This document shows positions 63,897 through 64,000 of a stretch of DNA of 64,000 bases, in pieces. A program made the translations under genes and the position numbers. Position 1 is the first letter of the stretch. The number at the start of each line of letters is the position of its first letter. Source of the DNA: Thermoplasmata archaeon (GTDB lineage Archaea > Thermoplasmatota > Thermoplasmata > Lutacidiplasmatales > UBA184). The notes below the pieces were generated by a model. The model was not told where the DNA came from and made no database searches. It worked only from the letters and a program-made list of their open reading frames with translations. The stretch spans positions 23,432 to 87,431 of the forward strand of contig JASHPK010000027.1 in NCBI GenBank assembly GCA_030038095.1, in the 5' to 3' direction.

Positions 63897-64000
63897 CTAC
63901 TCGATGATCCGGCATTCGAAAAACCGGGCTCCAGCCGCCGGATGGGGCCAAAAGGCTGGGATCGGCCGAAATCCCAGCTCCTGGTAGAACTCGATCGCGG
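63897..64000 (-). CDS. C-terminal fragment of a probable GNAT acetyltransferase (5' end outside window)
   Basis: Minus-strand read ...AIEFYQELGFRPIPAFWPHPAAGARFFECRIIE-TAG (stop at 63897-63899). The xxEFYxxLGF ending is typical of GNATs. Not in the ORF track because it is truncated. Confidence 0.45.
   Translation of the reverse strand, partial: AIEFYQELGFRPIPAFWPHPAAGARFFECRIIE

Overview
High-GC archaeal chromosomal fragment. Hand-counted 60-nt lines give about 68-72% GC in the left 50 kb and about 57-63% right of ~53 kb. Coding is dense: about 68 protein genes and 1 tRNA. I recognised no rRNA, CRISPR array, cas gene, integrase or transposase. Archaeal origin is supported by the PAN proteasome ATPase, ribosomal protein L10e, an archaeal-type pantoate kinase, an A1:U72 initiator tRNA carrying an intron, and TATA-like boxes 20-35 nt upstream of many start codons. 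Two G1 (eqolisin) peptidases, a tricorn-factor-like M1 aminopeptidase, sequon-rich surface proteins and YxVTFxExGLPxGTxW repeats suggest an uncultured Thermoplasmatota-like lineage; this is inference only. The left end is housekeeping: clpB fragment, EF-Tu-like protein, pan, pantoate kinase, rpl10e, usp, tRNA-iMet, moaA. The rest is mostly accessory: two DHA2 MFS pumps, VapBC and AbiE toxin-antitoxin pairs, many zinc-ribbon/membrane proteins, surface proteins, peptidases, and a lower-GC block of small bacterial-type detox/redox genes (DinB, NmrA, DUF1801, VOC, ester cyclase, MDR oxidoreductase, PoxB). The candidates most worth follow-up are: (1) a wHTH regulator plus 3-TM membrane protein cassette present twice (9605-10339 and 33173-33804); (2) a nucleotidyltransferase fused to a Cys-X5-Arg phosphatase (28309-29772); (3) a 28-nt intron in the D-loop of the initiator tRNA with an AAA/AAA bulge-helix-bulge (7071-7173); (4) an AbrB-PhoU / membrane protein / DBD-less PhoU triad (12149-15460). 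All functional calls rest on motifs read from the supplied translations and on recalled family signatures; no searches were run. Many long ORFs in the track are antisense or out-of-frame compositional shadows typical of high-GC DNA and were discarded. Several starts were moved inward from the track by eye and remain uncertain.
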